Positions 30,186-40,699 are shown, counted from the first letter of the stretch. The stretch: DNA of 53,397 nt from Planctomycetota bacterium (GCA_039190745.1 JBCCXZ010000021.1:1-53397), one strand, 5' to 3'. Notes: a model not told the origin generated them from the letters alone. Made by a program: numbers and translations.

Positions 30186-31742
30186 TCAGTTCATCAGGAC
30201 GCGGTCGCGGCGTACCGCCGGAGTACTCGCCAACACGGGCAGCCCGAGTTGGCCCTCGACATCGGCCGCGTCACGCAGCGTGGGCTTCCGGAGCTCGGCA
30301 AAAATCGCGGTGCAAACCGCGCCAAACAAAGCGAGCACCAAGCCGGCCCCAAGCACGATAGCCTTCTTCGGGCTGTACGGCTTCTCGACCAAGGTCGCGG
30401 GCTGCGTGATGCTCACGTTAGAGATCTGCTGCTGGTCGAGCGACTGTTGGATCCGAGCCTGTTCGAGTTTCTCCGAGTAGATGCGGTAGTTCGTATCCGC
30501 AAGTTCCAACTCGCGTTGCAAGTCGGTCACGACGCGCTCCTGGTCGTTCAGCTGCACGACCGCCGCCAGGGCCTTCTCGTGCTGGGCCAAGAGGTCGGCC
30601 ACCTGAGCCTCGCCCGCGGTCGCTGCGGCCCGCTCGGTCAGCAGAGCAAGCTCTAGTTCCCGCAAGGCCGGGTTGGCCGCGGTCGTGTTGTAGACCCGCG
30701 AAGCCGCTTGCGTCTCAAGGATCTTCTCCGCGTTGGCGACCTGGTCGCGGACCGCGACCACGCTGGGGTGGTCGGACGTATACTTCGAGAGGAGCTCTTT
30801 CTCCTCGATCTGCAGCTCGAACAACAGCTGCCGCATGCTGTCGCCCGCCACGTTTGGCATCCCAGCCACCTGCTGGGCCTCGACCCGTTTGGGCAGCCCG
30901 GCGATCAGCCGCTCGAGCGCATCGATCCGGGCCCGGTTCGCGGCCAGCAAAGTCTCGGCAGACTGCTGCTCGGCAATGACTTTCTGCAGCTGAGACTCGA
31001 CCAGCGTGCGCTTCCCCTCGATCGAAGCCAACTGATTCTCGCTCTTAGCTTGCCGCAGTCGATCAGACGCGTCGCTGAGCCTCCTTGAGAACAGCTCGGC
31101 CTGCCCGACGAAAAAGTCATAAGAGCCTTGAGTCTTATGGATCCGTCGGTGTTCACGCAGGTACTCGTCCGAAATCGCCTTGGCAAACCATTGGGCCTGC
31201 TGCGGTGACCGGCCGCGGCAATTGACCGCCAGGAAGTGCGACTTGCGGGCGTGGTAGATGTACGCGTTCTTCGAGAGGGTCTGGATGGCCTTCTCGCGAT
31301 CGCTCAACGGCCCGGTGGGCTCTAACCAAGCGACCACAGTCCCCAGTGCGGAAGAAAGTCCGCTCAGGACGCCGGGCTCTTCGTCGGCCCCCTCAGAGTT
31401 CGGCGGGGAGAGGATCGCTTCCGGACCGAGCCGATCGACAACCTTCTCCATCAATCCGCGACTCTGCAGAATCTCTAGGATCGAGTTCAACTCGGCGTCG
31501 CGAGATTCGTTGAGCGTCAGGGTTTGGTTCGTCGTGACCGTGGGATCGAGCGTCACGCTCTCCCGGCCGACATCGACGAACAATAGGGCTTCCGACTCGT
31601 AAGTCCGCGGGAGCACCAAGAGCGACGCCACCGCCAGGGCCGCGATCAGTACGAACACGAAACCTGACTTCAAGCGGTGACGACGCACGACTCGCAGCAG
31701 GTCTGAGATCCCCGGAGCGGTCGTTTCTTGTTGGGTGACCAT
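30186..31742 (-). CDS. GumC/Wzz-like polysaccharide co-polymerase (chain length determinant)
   Basis: N-terminal TM followed by PRTYESEA, long coiled coil, SNVSITQPA..PYSP, second TM, and VEGQLGLPVLA. Confidence 0.88.
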   Translation of the reverse strand: MVTQQETTAPGISDLLRVVRRHRLKSGFVFVLIAALAVASLLVLPRTYESEALLFVDVGRESVTLDPTVTTNQTLTLNESRDAELNSILEILQSRGLMEKVVDRLGPEAILSPPNSEGADEEPGVLSGLSSALGTVVAWLEPTGPLSDREKAIQTLSKNAYIYHARKSHFLAVNCRGRSPQQAQWFAKAISDEYLREHRRIHKTQGSYDFFVGQAELFSRRLSDASDRLRQAKSENQLASIEGKRTLVESQLQKVIAEQQSAETLLAANRARIDALERLIAGLPKRVEAQQVAGMPNVAGDSMRQLLFELQIEEKELLSKYTSDHPSVVAVRDQVANAEKILETQAASRVYNTTAANPALRELELALLTERAAATAGEAQVADLLAQHEKALAAVVQLNDQERVVTDLQRELELADTNYRIYSEKLEQARIQQSLDQQQISNVSITQPATLVEKPYSPKKAIVLGAGLVLALFGAVCTAIFAELRKPTLRDAADVEGQLGLPVLASTPAVRRDRVLMN

Positions 31743-31949
31743 GAGCTTCGCGGCGCAGACAGGCGCGGCAGGGTGGGGGGACTGGGAGGGACTCGCCGAC
31801 CATCATAGCCACTCACTTCCGCATTTGCGTAGTAATTAGTAGATAGAATCTGGGCTTTCCTGAAGCGGAAACCCATTTGCGGCACCCAAGCCGTGGGGAG
31901 TGCACGGGCTAAACGCCGTCGCAGAGCGGCGATCCTCTGGGCGGAGTCG

Positions 31950-33260
31950 CTACTCGTGCCGCAAGGCTTCGATCGGGTCCAGCCGGGCTGCCCGTACCGC
32001 GGGATAAACGCCAAAAAGCACGCCCACGACCACGGAGATCGCGAACGACAGCGGGATCGACCAAGCCACAAGCTGTGGCTCGACCTCGCGGATGAGTTCC
32101 GGCAGCGTGGCCATCTGTGCCGGGAAAATGCGTTCCATGACCGAGCGGATAAACAACAGGATCGGCTTGCAGAACACGCCCCCCGCGATGCCGAGCGTGC
32201 CGCCCACTACGGAGAGGACCACGCTCTCCACCAAGAACTGGCGGGTGATGTCCCGACGTTTGGCGCCGAGGGCCCGGCGGATGCCGATCTCCCGGGTCCG
32301 CTCTGTGACCGTCGCCAGCATGATGTTCATGATCCCGATCCCGCCGACGAGCAGCGACACCGCAGCGATCAGCCCCAGGAACAGGATAAACATCAGCCGC
32401 GTCGTGTTCGCCTGCTCGATCAACTCCAGCGGAACCGTCAGGGCGAAGTCCGGCATCGAGTGCCCGTAGGCCACGGTGTTTTGAACAAGGTCCGCGGTCG
32501 GCAAGACAAGGTTTCGATCTTCTACCCGCAGCGTAATCTGCGAGACCTCCACGATGTCCCGCTGAAACGTGCCCGGCTTGGTCACGATCACCATGTCCCC
32601 AATCCGTCGCCAGAGCGTCGTAATCGGGATGTACACGTCGTAGCTGTAGTCTTCCGCCGCTAGCGAACCGCCGATGCCCGCCGACGAGTTCCTCGGACGC
32701 ATCGTCCCGACCACGGTGTAGAACTCGTCGGCGACCATGATCTCCTCGCCGATTGGGTTGCCGTACGGGAAGAGCTTCGCCGTCGTCCCCGCAGCGAGCA
32801 CGCAGTAGTTGCGTTCCTCTTCGATGTCCGCGTCGCTGAGGAAGCGGCCCCCGTCCAGCTCCAGCCGCGTGAGCGCCGCGTAGCCCGGGGTGCTCCCGAC
32901 CAACCGGCCCTCCAACTTGCGTGTGCGGTAGCGGAACTCTTCGGGCAACTCGCGGATCGGCACCACCGAGTCGACCGTCGGCACAGTCGCAATAAGCCGC
33001 AGGTAGTCCGCCCGCGTGAGGCCGTAGCCGCCGTCGCCGAGTTCATCGGCGGACGGCTTAATGGTCCGGACAATGATGTTCCGCGCGCCGAGGTCGGCGA
33101 TCTGCTCCTGGGCCGCCCGCCCGATCCCCTCGCCGATCGCGAGCAGCCAGATGACGCCGGTCACGCCGATCAGGATGCCCAGCACCGTGAGCGCCGACCG
33201 CAGCGGGTGCAGCAGCAGGCTCTTCACGCTGAGCTTCAGGGTCCGGATCCAAACGGTCAC
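31950..33260 (-). CDS. MacB-like ABC transporter permease
   Basis: [68 protein letters not shown]. Confidence 0.93.
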   Translation of the reverse strand: MTVWIRTLKLSVKSLLLHPLRSALTVLGILIGVTGVIWLLAIGEGIGRAAQEQIADLGARNIIVRTIKPSADELGDGGYGLTRADYLRLIATVPTVDSVVPIRELPEEFRYRTRKLEGRLVGSTPGYAALTRLELDGGRFLSDADIEEERNYCVLAAGTTAKLFPYGNPIGEEIMVADEFYTVVGTMRPRNSSAGIGGSLAAEDYSYDVYIPITTLWRRIGDMVIVTKPGTFQRDIVEVSQITLRVEDRNLVLPTADLVQNTVAYGHSMPDFALTVPLELIEQANTTRLMFILFLGLIAAVSLLVGGIGIMNIMLATVTERTREIGIRRALGAKRRDITRQFLVESVVLSVVGGTLGIAGGVFCKPILLFIRSVMERIFPAQMATLPELIREVEPQLVAWSIPLSFAISVVVGVLFGVYPAVRAARLDPIEALRHE

Positions 33261-33961
33261 GAGCGGATCCTCTCGTCAGACAGCACCTCGCCGTCGCGGA
33301 GCACGACGTTCCGCTTCGTCCGCTCGGCGACGTCCGGCTCGTGCGTCACCATGATGATGGTCCGCCCGGATTGGTTGAGGTCCTCCAGCAGAGCGAGGAT
33401 TTCGTCGGTCGTCGCCGAGTCGAGGTTGCCCGTCGGCTCGTCTGCCAGGATGAACCGCGGGTCGTTCACCAGGCTCCGCGCGATCGCCACACGCTGCTGC
33501 TGACCGCCGGAGAGTTGCGTCGGCCGATGGTCCAACCGGTCCTCCAGGCCCACCATGCCGGCCAGTTCTCTGCACCGCGCGCGGGCCTCGGCGCTCAGCC
33601 TGCCGCTGTAGAACAGCGGCACCTCAATGTTCTCGACGACCGACAACGCCGGCAGCAGGTTGTACGACTGAAACACGAAGCCGATCCGCGTCGCACGCGT
33701 CTCGGCCAGCTGGTCGTCGTCCATCGCCGCGACGTCATCGCCGCCAAGCAGGAAGCTCCCCGACGTCGGGCGGTCGAGGCACCCGAGCAGGTTCAGCAGC
33801 GTGCTCTTGCCGGAGCCCGAAGGCCCCATGATCGAGATGTAGTCCCCCTCCGGCACCTCGAGCGAAACGCCGCGGAGCGCGTGGACCGTCTCGCCGCCTA
33901 GGACGTAGTCTTTTCGCAGGTCGGTCAGCCGAGCGGCGAGTGCTAGTGCGTTGCTGACCAC
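33257..33961 (-). CDS. ABC transporter ATP-binding protein (LolD/MacB type)
   Basis: [45 protein letters not shown]. Confidence 0.95.
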   Translation of the reverse strand: MVSNALALAARLTDLRKDYVLGGETVHALRGVSLEVPEGDYISIMGPSGSGKSTLLNLLGCLDRPTSGSFLLGGDDVAAMDDDQLAETRATRIGFVFQSYNLLPALSVVENIEVPLFYSGRLSAEARARCRELAGMVGLEDRLDHRPTQLSGGQQQRVAIARSLVNDPRFILADEPTGNLDSATTDEILALLEDLNQSGRTIIMVTHEPDVAERTKRNVVLRDGEVLSDERIRS

Positions 33962-34009
33962 GGTAGGCGCTGCTCCCAGGCGGGGCTTTGTTGAAAACGC
34001 CGCTGCCCT

Positions 34010-35620
34010 TTAGGCGCCGGAGTTGGCCGATTTGCCATCTTCGGCTGTTGCCACGTCGCCGGGTTCGTCGCCCGACAGAGGCACCGCCCGTTGGGCTTTC
34101 TCGGGGGCCAGTTCGGGGAGGTCGACCACCTCGCGGTACTCTCGGGGGTTCATCGCCACACGGTCTCCCGGCGCCAGACCGTCCTCGATCACAAAGAAGC
34201 GATCGTTCGAGGGGCCGCACGCAACCCGGCGGGCTTCCCAGCCGGCTTCGGCGTACACAAAGCAGTAATAGTCTTCACCGTGCGCGTAGACCGCCTGCAC
34301 CGGCGCCTGCACCGCGTCAGGGACATCGGCGCAGCGGATCGTCACCGAAGTGGTCATCCCCGACCGCAGCTCGGCCGGCGGACTGTTAACGCTGACGTAG
34401 GCCTTGTACTCCTTGACGTTCGCCTTGCGCCAACCGGTTGGCTCCGCGTAGCGGTTCACCGAAACAACCTTGCCGCTGAGGACGTGGTCTCCGATGCCCA
34501 CCGGACGGATCTCCGCCGGCATATCCTTCCGTACATACTGGATGAGCGACTCATTCACCTTCAGCTGCACGCGCATAGCGCTGGGGTCCGGAAGCCGAAT
34601 GATCGCCTGCCGCTCACGGACGATCGCCCCCTCCTCGACAACGAAGTCGCCCTGGCCGCGGACGTCCCGCTCGTGGGCGTAGACCACGGTGCCCGCCTTC
34701 GGAGAGAAAATCTCGCACTTCGTGATCTGGTCTTCGATATCTCGCAGCTTCTCCGTATCGAGCCCGGCGCTCTTCATCTCAGACTGCCACTTCGCTTGCG
34801 CGGTGGCGATGTCGCTCTCGAGCTGCTTCAGCATTTTGGCTTTGGTGAACTCTTCCAGCACGCGCAGCTTGGTCCGCGCCGCCTCCAGCTCCTTGAGCGA
34901 CTTCTCAACCGCGAACTGATCCGCTTCGAGCTGCAGCTCGTTCACGTATCCCTTCGAGGCCAGCTTCTTGCTGAACTCGTAATACTCCCGGGCCCGGTTC
35001 AGATTCTCCTCGGCTACAAAAATCTCGCTCTCAATCGTTTGCTTCTCTTGAACAAACGTCCCCTCCAGGTACTCCTTCTTGGCGATCTTCGCCGTGTCGA
35101 AGAGGTTCCTGGCCTCGATCACCACGGCCTCGGACGTGTTGACGACAATTTGCTGGTTCGTCCGCTCCTCCTTCAACGCCGAGTTGTCCAGCTGGACCAG
35201 AAAGTCGCCCTCCGCGACCACCGTGCCCTCGGGGACGATTTTCAGGATCGACACCCCCGCGGTGTTCTTGCTCCGGACCTGCGACCGGACCTCCGTGACC
35301 CCAGCCGACTCAATCTCGCCGCGCTCGGTGATCTCCAGCACGAAATCGTCCTGCTCGACCGTGTGCAGCAAGATGCCGCGGCTGTTGTCTTCATCCGCAC
35401 TGCGACCGGCGAACCACCAGTAACCCCCGGCGACGGCCACGGCCACCAGAACCAAGAGCGGCGTGACGGCGGCGGCCTGGCGAGGGGCGGGGCGTGCGTG
35501 AACAGTTCTCAGAGCGGGCACAGGAGCTCTCCCAGGCCAAAACCAGTTTCCCATCCCGAGCGACAAACCTCGGTCCCATTCATCGTACGCCGGCCGCGGC
35601 CCCGCGTCAGTCCTGTTCAC
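34010..35620 (-). CDS. MacA/HlyD-like periplasmic adaptor subunit
   Basis: N-terminal TM (LLVLVAVAVAGGYWWF), IVPEGTVVAEGD, long coiled coil, IFSPKAGTV, LRSGMT, GLAPGDRV. Start uncertain (possibly ATG 35554). Confidence 0.85.
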   Translation of the reverse strand: MNRTDAGPRPAYDEWDRGLSLGMGNWFWPGRAPVPALRTVHARPAPRQAAAVTPLLVLVAVAVAGGYWWFAGRSADEDNSRGILLHTVEQDDFVLEITERGEIESAGVTEVRSQVRSKNTAGVSILKIVPEGTVVAEGDFLVQLDNSALKEERTNQQIVVNTSEAVVIEARNLFDTAKIAKKEYLEGTFVQEKQTIESEIFVAEENLNRAREYYEFSKKLASKGYVNELQLEADQFAVEKSLKELEAARTKLRVLEEFTKAKMLKQLESDIATAQAKWQSEMKSAGLDTEKLRDIEDQITKCEIFSPKAGTVVYAHERDVRGQGDFVVEEGAIVRERQAIIRLPDPSAMRVQLKVNESLIQYVRKDMPAEIRPVGIGDHVLSGKVVSVNRYAEPTGWRKANVKEYKAYVSVNSPPAELRSGMTTSVTIRCADVPDAVQAPVQAVYAHGEDYYCFVYAEAGWEARRVACGPSNDRFFVIEDGLAPGDRVAMNPREYREVVDLPELAPEKAQRAVPLSGDEPGDVATAEDGKSANSGA

Positions 35621-38501
35621 GGGGCGGGCGGACGATCACCAGCTCGGTCGACGTATCGTGCGAATCAGGCGGTACGAGAGCGGGCTCCGAGCCTTCAATC
35701 TTGAGCGCCTCGACCGCCCCGCCTCCGCGGTTCGCCAGAGGCGGTGGCAACGGTTCTAGTTCTACAGGCTCTTCGGCCTCGAAACCCTCGGTCTCAATCG
35801 GTTCGCCCAGAGGCAGCGGTTCGACCGGCACGCCTCCCGATTCACCCTCGGGGGACTTTGTGCCCGGGTAGATATCCGTCAGGTTTACCTTTGCCCCGGC
35901 CAAGTAGGCCCGCAGGTCGGACGTCTGGGGCACGTGCTGCCCCGCAGCGTCCAATTGCATCACGCCCAGGTCGAATTCTAGGCCGAGCCGCTGCACCTGA
36001 AAGTTCACCCACACGCTCAAGAGGTCGTTCTGCACATTGAGCAGGTCGGAGAGCGACTGCACCAAGTCGCGGGCGGTGGTGTTGTTGAACTGTGCGGTCT
36101 CACCCGGCAGCGGCGGCTGCGAGAGCCGCAGCTGGGTGAGGTCGACCTGCGCGATCGCCACCTGGACCGCGGCCCGCCGCAGTTCGAGGTTGACTTCGTT
36201 GAGCCTGACCTGCCGCAGCGTGTTCCGCAGGCCTTGGTACACGCGGTCGCGGAACCGGTAGTAGTTCCGCCGGGCTTGCTGGAACTCAATCAACGACTGT
36301 CGGTAGACGTTCCGTTCGGCCAGCCGCGTGATGGGGGCGTCGAACTCGAGCCCGACCCGCAACCGTCCGTTCGTGCCCCGCAAATCGAACGGGTTGTCGC
36401 TCACGTTACCGATGTCGCCGCTGAAGACAATGTCGAGGTCGCTCAGCAGATCGTTCGCGTTGAAGTAGATCAGCCGCCATGCGTCGACCAACGCCGCGCG
36501 GGCGTTCTGCCAGTCGCGGCGGTAGGCGGCGGCAATCCGAAGCGCCTCCTCGAATTCGAGATCGATCTCGTCGAAGGAAATCGCGTCTAGCCGCACGCTC
36601 GCCTGCACCAAGGCGATCTCAAGCAACAAGCCGTTGAGTTCCGAGCCGGCACGGACCAACTCGGCAGGCCCCGGGGCCTCTTCGCTCTCAACCAGCACCG
36701 CCAGCCGCTCAGCCCGCGTCAGGATCTGATCTTTTAGCGTGTAGAACTCCAATCGCTTCGCCTCAAAACGCTCTTGCAGCTTGTCGCCGCTGAAGAGCAT
36801 CGGGTCGATCCTCGCCTCGGCGACCTCGGGGCGTTCCGCCAGCCGTGCCAGCGACGCCTTGCGATCAGGCAAAGCTGCTTCGAGCGTGTTGATGTCCTCC
36901 TCGCAAGCGTCCAGCACCGCAGACAAGCGGCCGAGGACTTCTGCTGCTTCGGCCAACGCGTTGGGCATGCCAGCCATCGCGTCGCCCGCCCCCTCTCCTG
37001 CGTCGCGCATCTCACGCCACAAACCCAAGGCGCCGGCCAGGTCGTTTCTCGCTTCGTCGAGCGCGGGGTCGAGCAACTCAAACCGAGAGAGCGTCTCATC
37101 CGCAAGCTGCACGGGGATCTCGGGCGGCAAACCGAGCGTGATCTTGAAGTTCTCCAGCGTCTGGTCGAAGAAGGTCTCGGACGTAAGCAACTGGCTCTGG
37201 GCGTTCAGCAGCGCCTGATTCGCCAGGTCGACTTGGAATCGGTCGATCCTGTTCGCGTCGTACGACGCGCGGAGCTGCTCGACGCTGCCCCGCAACGCAG
37301 TCACGTTGGAGCGTTGGTTGCGGATCGTCTGAGCGGATTGCAGGATGCCGAGAAACCCGCCCGCGCCTGCCGCTCCGGCCCCGCCGGTGAAGCCGCCGCC
37401 CCCGCCGCCCCCGCCGAAGCCCTGACTAAAACCTTGTCCTTGGAGCTGGTTGCCGAGGTTGCCGAAGCCGCCCCCGCCAACGCCCGCAAAGCCCTCGAGC
37501 CCAGAGCCGCCGAAGAACCCGCCTCGACGCGTTGGGCCTTGGCCCGGGAACTGCCCCGTCACGATGTTCAGGTAAAACCCGCGGCGGAACCGCTCCATCT
37601 GACGGATGTTGGCCAGCAGAGCCCGCTCGGAAATAGTCAGCCGCTCCAACACCACGGTCCGCCCGCCCGCCCGGAGCAGCGGCTGCACCAGGGAGAAGTC
37701 CAGCAGCGTCGTGCTCGAATAGTCGTCCGGTCCGGCGAACTGCCAAACCAGCGAGTTCGCCATCCCAACGACCAGTTCTGCGCCGGTCGCCGTCAGCCGC
37801 TCGGCCCTCAGCCGGTTGGCTCCCGCACGCAACGGCGTCGCTTCGAACAGGGTCGACGACTGCCCCGTCCCGCTCCGGTCGCGGCCGTCGACGGTAAGGA
37901 TCGTCTCCGACCCGCCGAAGAACTGTGTGTCGAACCGGAAGCGTTCGAAGCTCAGGTCGAGCGCCGAGAGGTAGAGCGTCTCCAACTCCGACTGGAAGTC
38001 CGGCGAGTGCACCAGCGCCAAGTCGACCGAAGCCCGCGTGTCCAGCACTACCCGCCCACGTGCGTCACGGGGCAGCTGTTCCTGCCAACTCGGGTTCTCG
38101 ACAAACGGAGTCTTCGGCAAGTGCCGCCAACACTTCGAACCCTTTTTGCAATCGACGCACTTCAGAAACTCGTTCGCGAGCGGGTCGTCCGGCGGCCTCG
38201 GCTCGCAGTCCGGGTCGTGAGGGTCGAACATACGCGAACGCGGGTCGATCTCGATGCGGAACTCCGTGGGGTCGGAGCCCGCTGTCTCGGCGCGGCACTG
38301 AATGATCCTGTTCGCTTCAGCGTCCGCCTGACGCCGGTAGTGTGTCCGCGAACAGCCGATCACCAATACCGAGCCAAGCGTCAAAGCCATGAGCGGCCAA
38401 AACCGCCTCGCCCAACCGCGCGCCGCGTCGAGCCGTGCCGCCGGGTAGACCGGTGGCCGACGCGCTCCTCGGCCATCGCCGGGTGGCTGCGGTGCGGGCA
38501 T
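35607..38501 (-). CDS. Large TolC-like outer-membrane efflux lipoprotein (planctomycete type)
   Basis: Lipobox LVIGC; SVDLALVHSPDFQ, SLVQPLLRAGG, FKITLGLP, ALRIAAAYRRDWQNAR, LEFDAPITRLAERN repeats typical of OEP-like proteins. First gene of an MFP/ABC operon. Confidence 0.72.
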   Translation of the reverse strand: MPAPQPPGDGRGARRPPVYPAARLDAARGWARRFWPLMALTLGSVLVIGCSRTHYRRQADAEANRIIQCRAETAGSDPTEFRIEIDPRSRMFDPHDPDCEPRPPDDPLANEFLKCVDCKKGSKCWRHLPKTPFVENPSWQEQLPRDARGRVVLDTRASVDLALVHSPDFQSELETLYLSALDLSFERFRFDTQFFGGSETILTVDGRDRSGTGQSSTLFEATPLRAGANRLRAERLTATGAELVVGMANSLVWQFAGPDDYSSTTLLDFSLVQPLLRAGGRTVVLERLTISERALLANIRQMERFRRGFYLNIVTGQFPGQGPTRRGGFFGGSGLEGFAGVGGGGFGNLGNQLQGQGFSQGFGGGGGGGGFTGGAGAAGAGGFLGILQSAQTIRNQRSNVTALRGSVEQLRASYDANRIDRFQVDLANQALLNAQSQLLTSETFFDQTLENFKITLGLPPEIPVQLADETLSRFELLDPALDEARNDLAGALGLWREMRDAGEGAGDAMAGMPNALAEAAEVLGRLSAVLDACEEDINTLEAALPDRKASLARLAERPEVAEARIDPMLFSGDKLQERFEAKRLEFYTLKDQILTRAERLAVLVESEEAPGPAELVRAGSELNGLLLEIALVQASVRLDAISFDEIDLEFEEALRIAAAYRRDWQNARAALVDAWRLIYFNANDLLSDLDIVFSGDIGNVSDNPFDLRGTNGRLRVGLEFDAPITRLAERNVYRQSLIEFQQARRNYYRFRDRVYQGLRNTLRQVRLNEVNLELRRAAVQVAIAQVDLTQLRLSQPPLPGETAQFNNTTARDLVQSLSDLLNVQNDLLSVWVNFQVQRLGLEFDLGVMQLDAAGQHVPQTSDLRAYLAGAKVNLTDIYPGTKSPEGESGGVPVEPLPLGEPIETEGFEAEEPVELEPLPPPLANRGGGAVEALKIEGSEPALVPPDSHDTSTELVIVRPPREQD

Positions 38502-38681
38502 GCTAGATGAGTCTGCGGAAGAGTTTACCGCGGCCCGAGAGCCGGGCCGCTATCAACTCTTTCGACCCGCCGCTGAGAGCGCTTGAGCGTTTTGAGAAGA
38601 GGAGAAAGAGAAACACGACCGCAGAAGTCGCGACTTGCTAGCACTGCGCGCCAAGCCATCGCGGCAGATGTTTCTGCGCAG

Positions 38682-38717
38682 AAAAAAACCCTCGACCGCT
38701 CAGGCGGTTGAGGGTTT
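38682..38717 (-). terminator. Rho-independent terminator after the ferredoxin gene
   Basis: aaaccctcgaccgc-tcag-gcggttgagggttt hairpin (one mismatch) adjoining an A7 run, which is U7 on the minus strand; 30 bp downstream of the fdx stop. Confidence 0.8.
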
Positions 38718-38747
38718 GAGATGCGATGACCGCAAGTCGACAGCGGC

Positions 38748-39026
38748 CTAGCTGTCCGCGAGCGGCTCTTTCTTCTCGGTGATCACCGGGTTCTGGGGAG
38801 CCAGCTCGGCGTTCAGCTCGATGAAGCCTTGCCACTCCTCCGGGACGTTGTCTTCGTGGAAGATCGCCTCGACCGGGCACTCGGGCACGCACGCCTCGCA
38901 GTCAATGCACTCGTCCGGGTGAATGTACAAAATCTGCTCGCCCTCGTAGAAGCACTCCACGGGACAAACAACAACGCAATCGGTGTATTTGCAACCGAAA
39001 CAAGGTTCGCAAACGACGTGGGCCAT
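38748..39026 (-). CDS. fdxA: FdxA-type (7Fe/8Fe dicluster) ferredoxin
   Basis: [17 protein letters not shown] and [12 protein letters not shown] motifs, C-terminal VPEEW..FIELN. AGGAGAG RBS upstream. Confidence 0.92.
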   Translation of the reverse strand: MAHVVCEPCFGCKYTDCVVVCPVECFYEGEQILYIHPDECIDCEACVPECPVEAIFHEDNVPEEWQGFIELNAELAPQNPVITEKKEPLADS

Positions 39027-39465
39027 AGTTCTCTCCTTTCGCGTCGGACCGCATTCGATGGTGTCGGGTTAACGGGCCTCCGAATCACCATCGACGCGAC
39101 GACGTCCCTGACGTTGGCCGATCATAACCATGCCCACAAAGTCGCGGCAAGTGCTTTGTTCGACGCAAAAAACCTAATATTGCAGCACGAAACGCTGCGA
39201 CTGAGTCTCATCAAGAGGGGCTGTTCTACGAACCGCCGACCGCTGCTTGGAACGTCGCAGGCCGCGACGCATCTGTGTTGCTCCGCAATTTGTGGCTACT
39301 TACAATAATCAAGGGCGATAATACAGTGCGGAAGATAGGCGTCTGCACGAGGACAAGACGGCGGGTTTTGGCCGAACAGGCCCATGGGCCACGGGCCCGG
39401 TCAGGTCGCCGCTCAACGGTCACCGGCAAGACTCGCCGCGCAGTTGCTGGAAAGGTACGAACCCT

Positions 39466-40026
39466 GTGGCCCTCTCCGACTTCGATCGCAACCTTGTCGA
39501 ACGCTGCCTGGCCGGGAAGCCGCAGGCCTGGGAGAACTTCGTCGATCGATTCACCGGCCTAGTTCTGCACGTCATCAACCACACTGCTCAGAGCCGGTCC
39601 ACCCTGCTTTCCGCCCCGGACCGCGACGACCTGGCGGGCGAGGTCATGCTCGCGATTGTCCAGAACGATTACGCCGCGTTGCGGAATTTCCGCGGGAAGA
39701 GCAGTCTGGCAACGTACCTGACCGTCATCGCCCGACGGGTAGTGGTCCGAAAACTGGTCGGGACGCAGCAGCCCACGCCGCTCTCAGAGATCGCCGAATC
39801 CGTTGCACCCGGCGACGAAGTCCAGCGGGTCACCGACCGCGATGAGGTGGCCCGCATGCTCGACCGGCTCGACCCGCGGGAATCGGACGTTGTGCGTTTG
39901 TACCACCTGGAAGGGAAGACCTACCAGGAAATCAGCAGCGCCACCGGCATCCCCGCGAACAGCATCGGCCCGACCCTGAGCCGCGCCCGGGCTCACCTCC
40001 GCGACGTGAACCAGCCGAACGCTTGA
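39466..40026 (+). CDS. ECF-type RNA polymerase sigma factor
   Basis: AWENFVDRF, region 2 DLAGEV...FRGKSSLATYLTVIAR, region 4 LYHLEGKTYQEIS.ATGIP..SIGPTLSRAR. Confidence 0.92.
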   Translation: MALSDFDRNLVERCLAGKPQAWENFVDRFTGLVLHVINHTAQSRSTLLSAPDRDDLAGEVMLAIVQNDYAALRNFRGKSSLATYLTVIARRVVVRKLVGTQQPTPLSEIAESVAPGDEVQRVTDRDEVARMLDRLDPRESDVVRLYHLEGKTYQEISSATGIPANSIGPTLSRARAHLRDVNQPNA

Positions 40027-40062
40027 GACTGCGTCTCATCCGCCGTCCGAGCGGTGTGGACG

Positions 40063-40626
40063 CTAGTAACCCGGCCCGCGCAGGTCGATCTCGCCGCCGG
40101 GCCACTCCGCTGCCGCCGGGTAGCGCATCGCGATGTCGTCCCAGAAAGGGTTCGCACTTGGCGGGTCGCCGAGCGAGTTCACGATCGTGTTCTCAACCAA
40201 GCACGCCCCAAGTTTCTCGTAAAACGCACGCACCGCGTGAGAAGTTTGGAACAGCGATACCCTGAAGTTGCCGTGATCGACCATTGCAAAAGCCGCTCGG
40301 ACGACTTCCGCCCCGAGCCCCGAGCCCCGCGTCTCCGGTGCCGAGCAGACCTGCGCTAGCCCGCCGACGGTCATGTCGCCCACGGAGGTGCCGATTGTCC
40401 GCGGCACCATCGCGGCGTGGGCGATGACGGCCTCGCCGTCGAGCACCACGAACGACCGCGGCCCCTCGGCATCTGGCCCTTCGTACTCCGCACCTCGCCG
40501 CAGCAGAGCAGCCGTTCGGGTCTCGACGTTCTTGTCGTCTTTGGGCCAGATCCGAACAAGGAGCTTAGCGATCGCAACCGCCTGAGGCTCCGAAAGCGTT
40601 CTGCCGTCCCAGATTTCGACTTTCAT
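40063..40626 (-). CDS. GNAT family N-acetyltransferase
   Basis: GLAQVCSAPETRGSGLG (motif A), AFYEKLG. Start ATG 40626 with AGGAGG upstream. Confidence 0.85.
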   Translation of the reverse strand: MKVEIWDGRTLSEPQAVAIAKLLVRIWPKDDKNVETRTAALLRRGAEYEGPDAEGPRSFVVLDGEAVIAHAAMVPRTIGTSVGDMTVGGLAQVCSAPETRGSGLGAEVVRAAFAMVDHGNFRVSLFQTSHAVRAFYEKLGACLVENTIVNSLGDPPSANPFWDDIAMRYPAAAEWPGGEIDLRGPGY

Positions 40627-40699
40627 GGCCTGTTTCCTCCTGCAGCCGCACCACGCGATCGTGCACCGATTGCAGCGTCTCGCCCGCAAGATACTGCGG

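Noticed and set aside
34091..38510. Long plus-strand ORFs 34091..35704 and 36774..38510
   Set aside because: Antisense shadows of the MFP and TolC-like genes, expected from high-GC codon bias, with no recognisable motifs.
39249..39275. GGAAC-N16-CATCT with internal palindrome as an ECF autoregulatory promoter
   Set aside because: Motif too short, and the promoter consensus for this ECF group is unknown to me.
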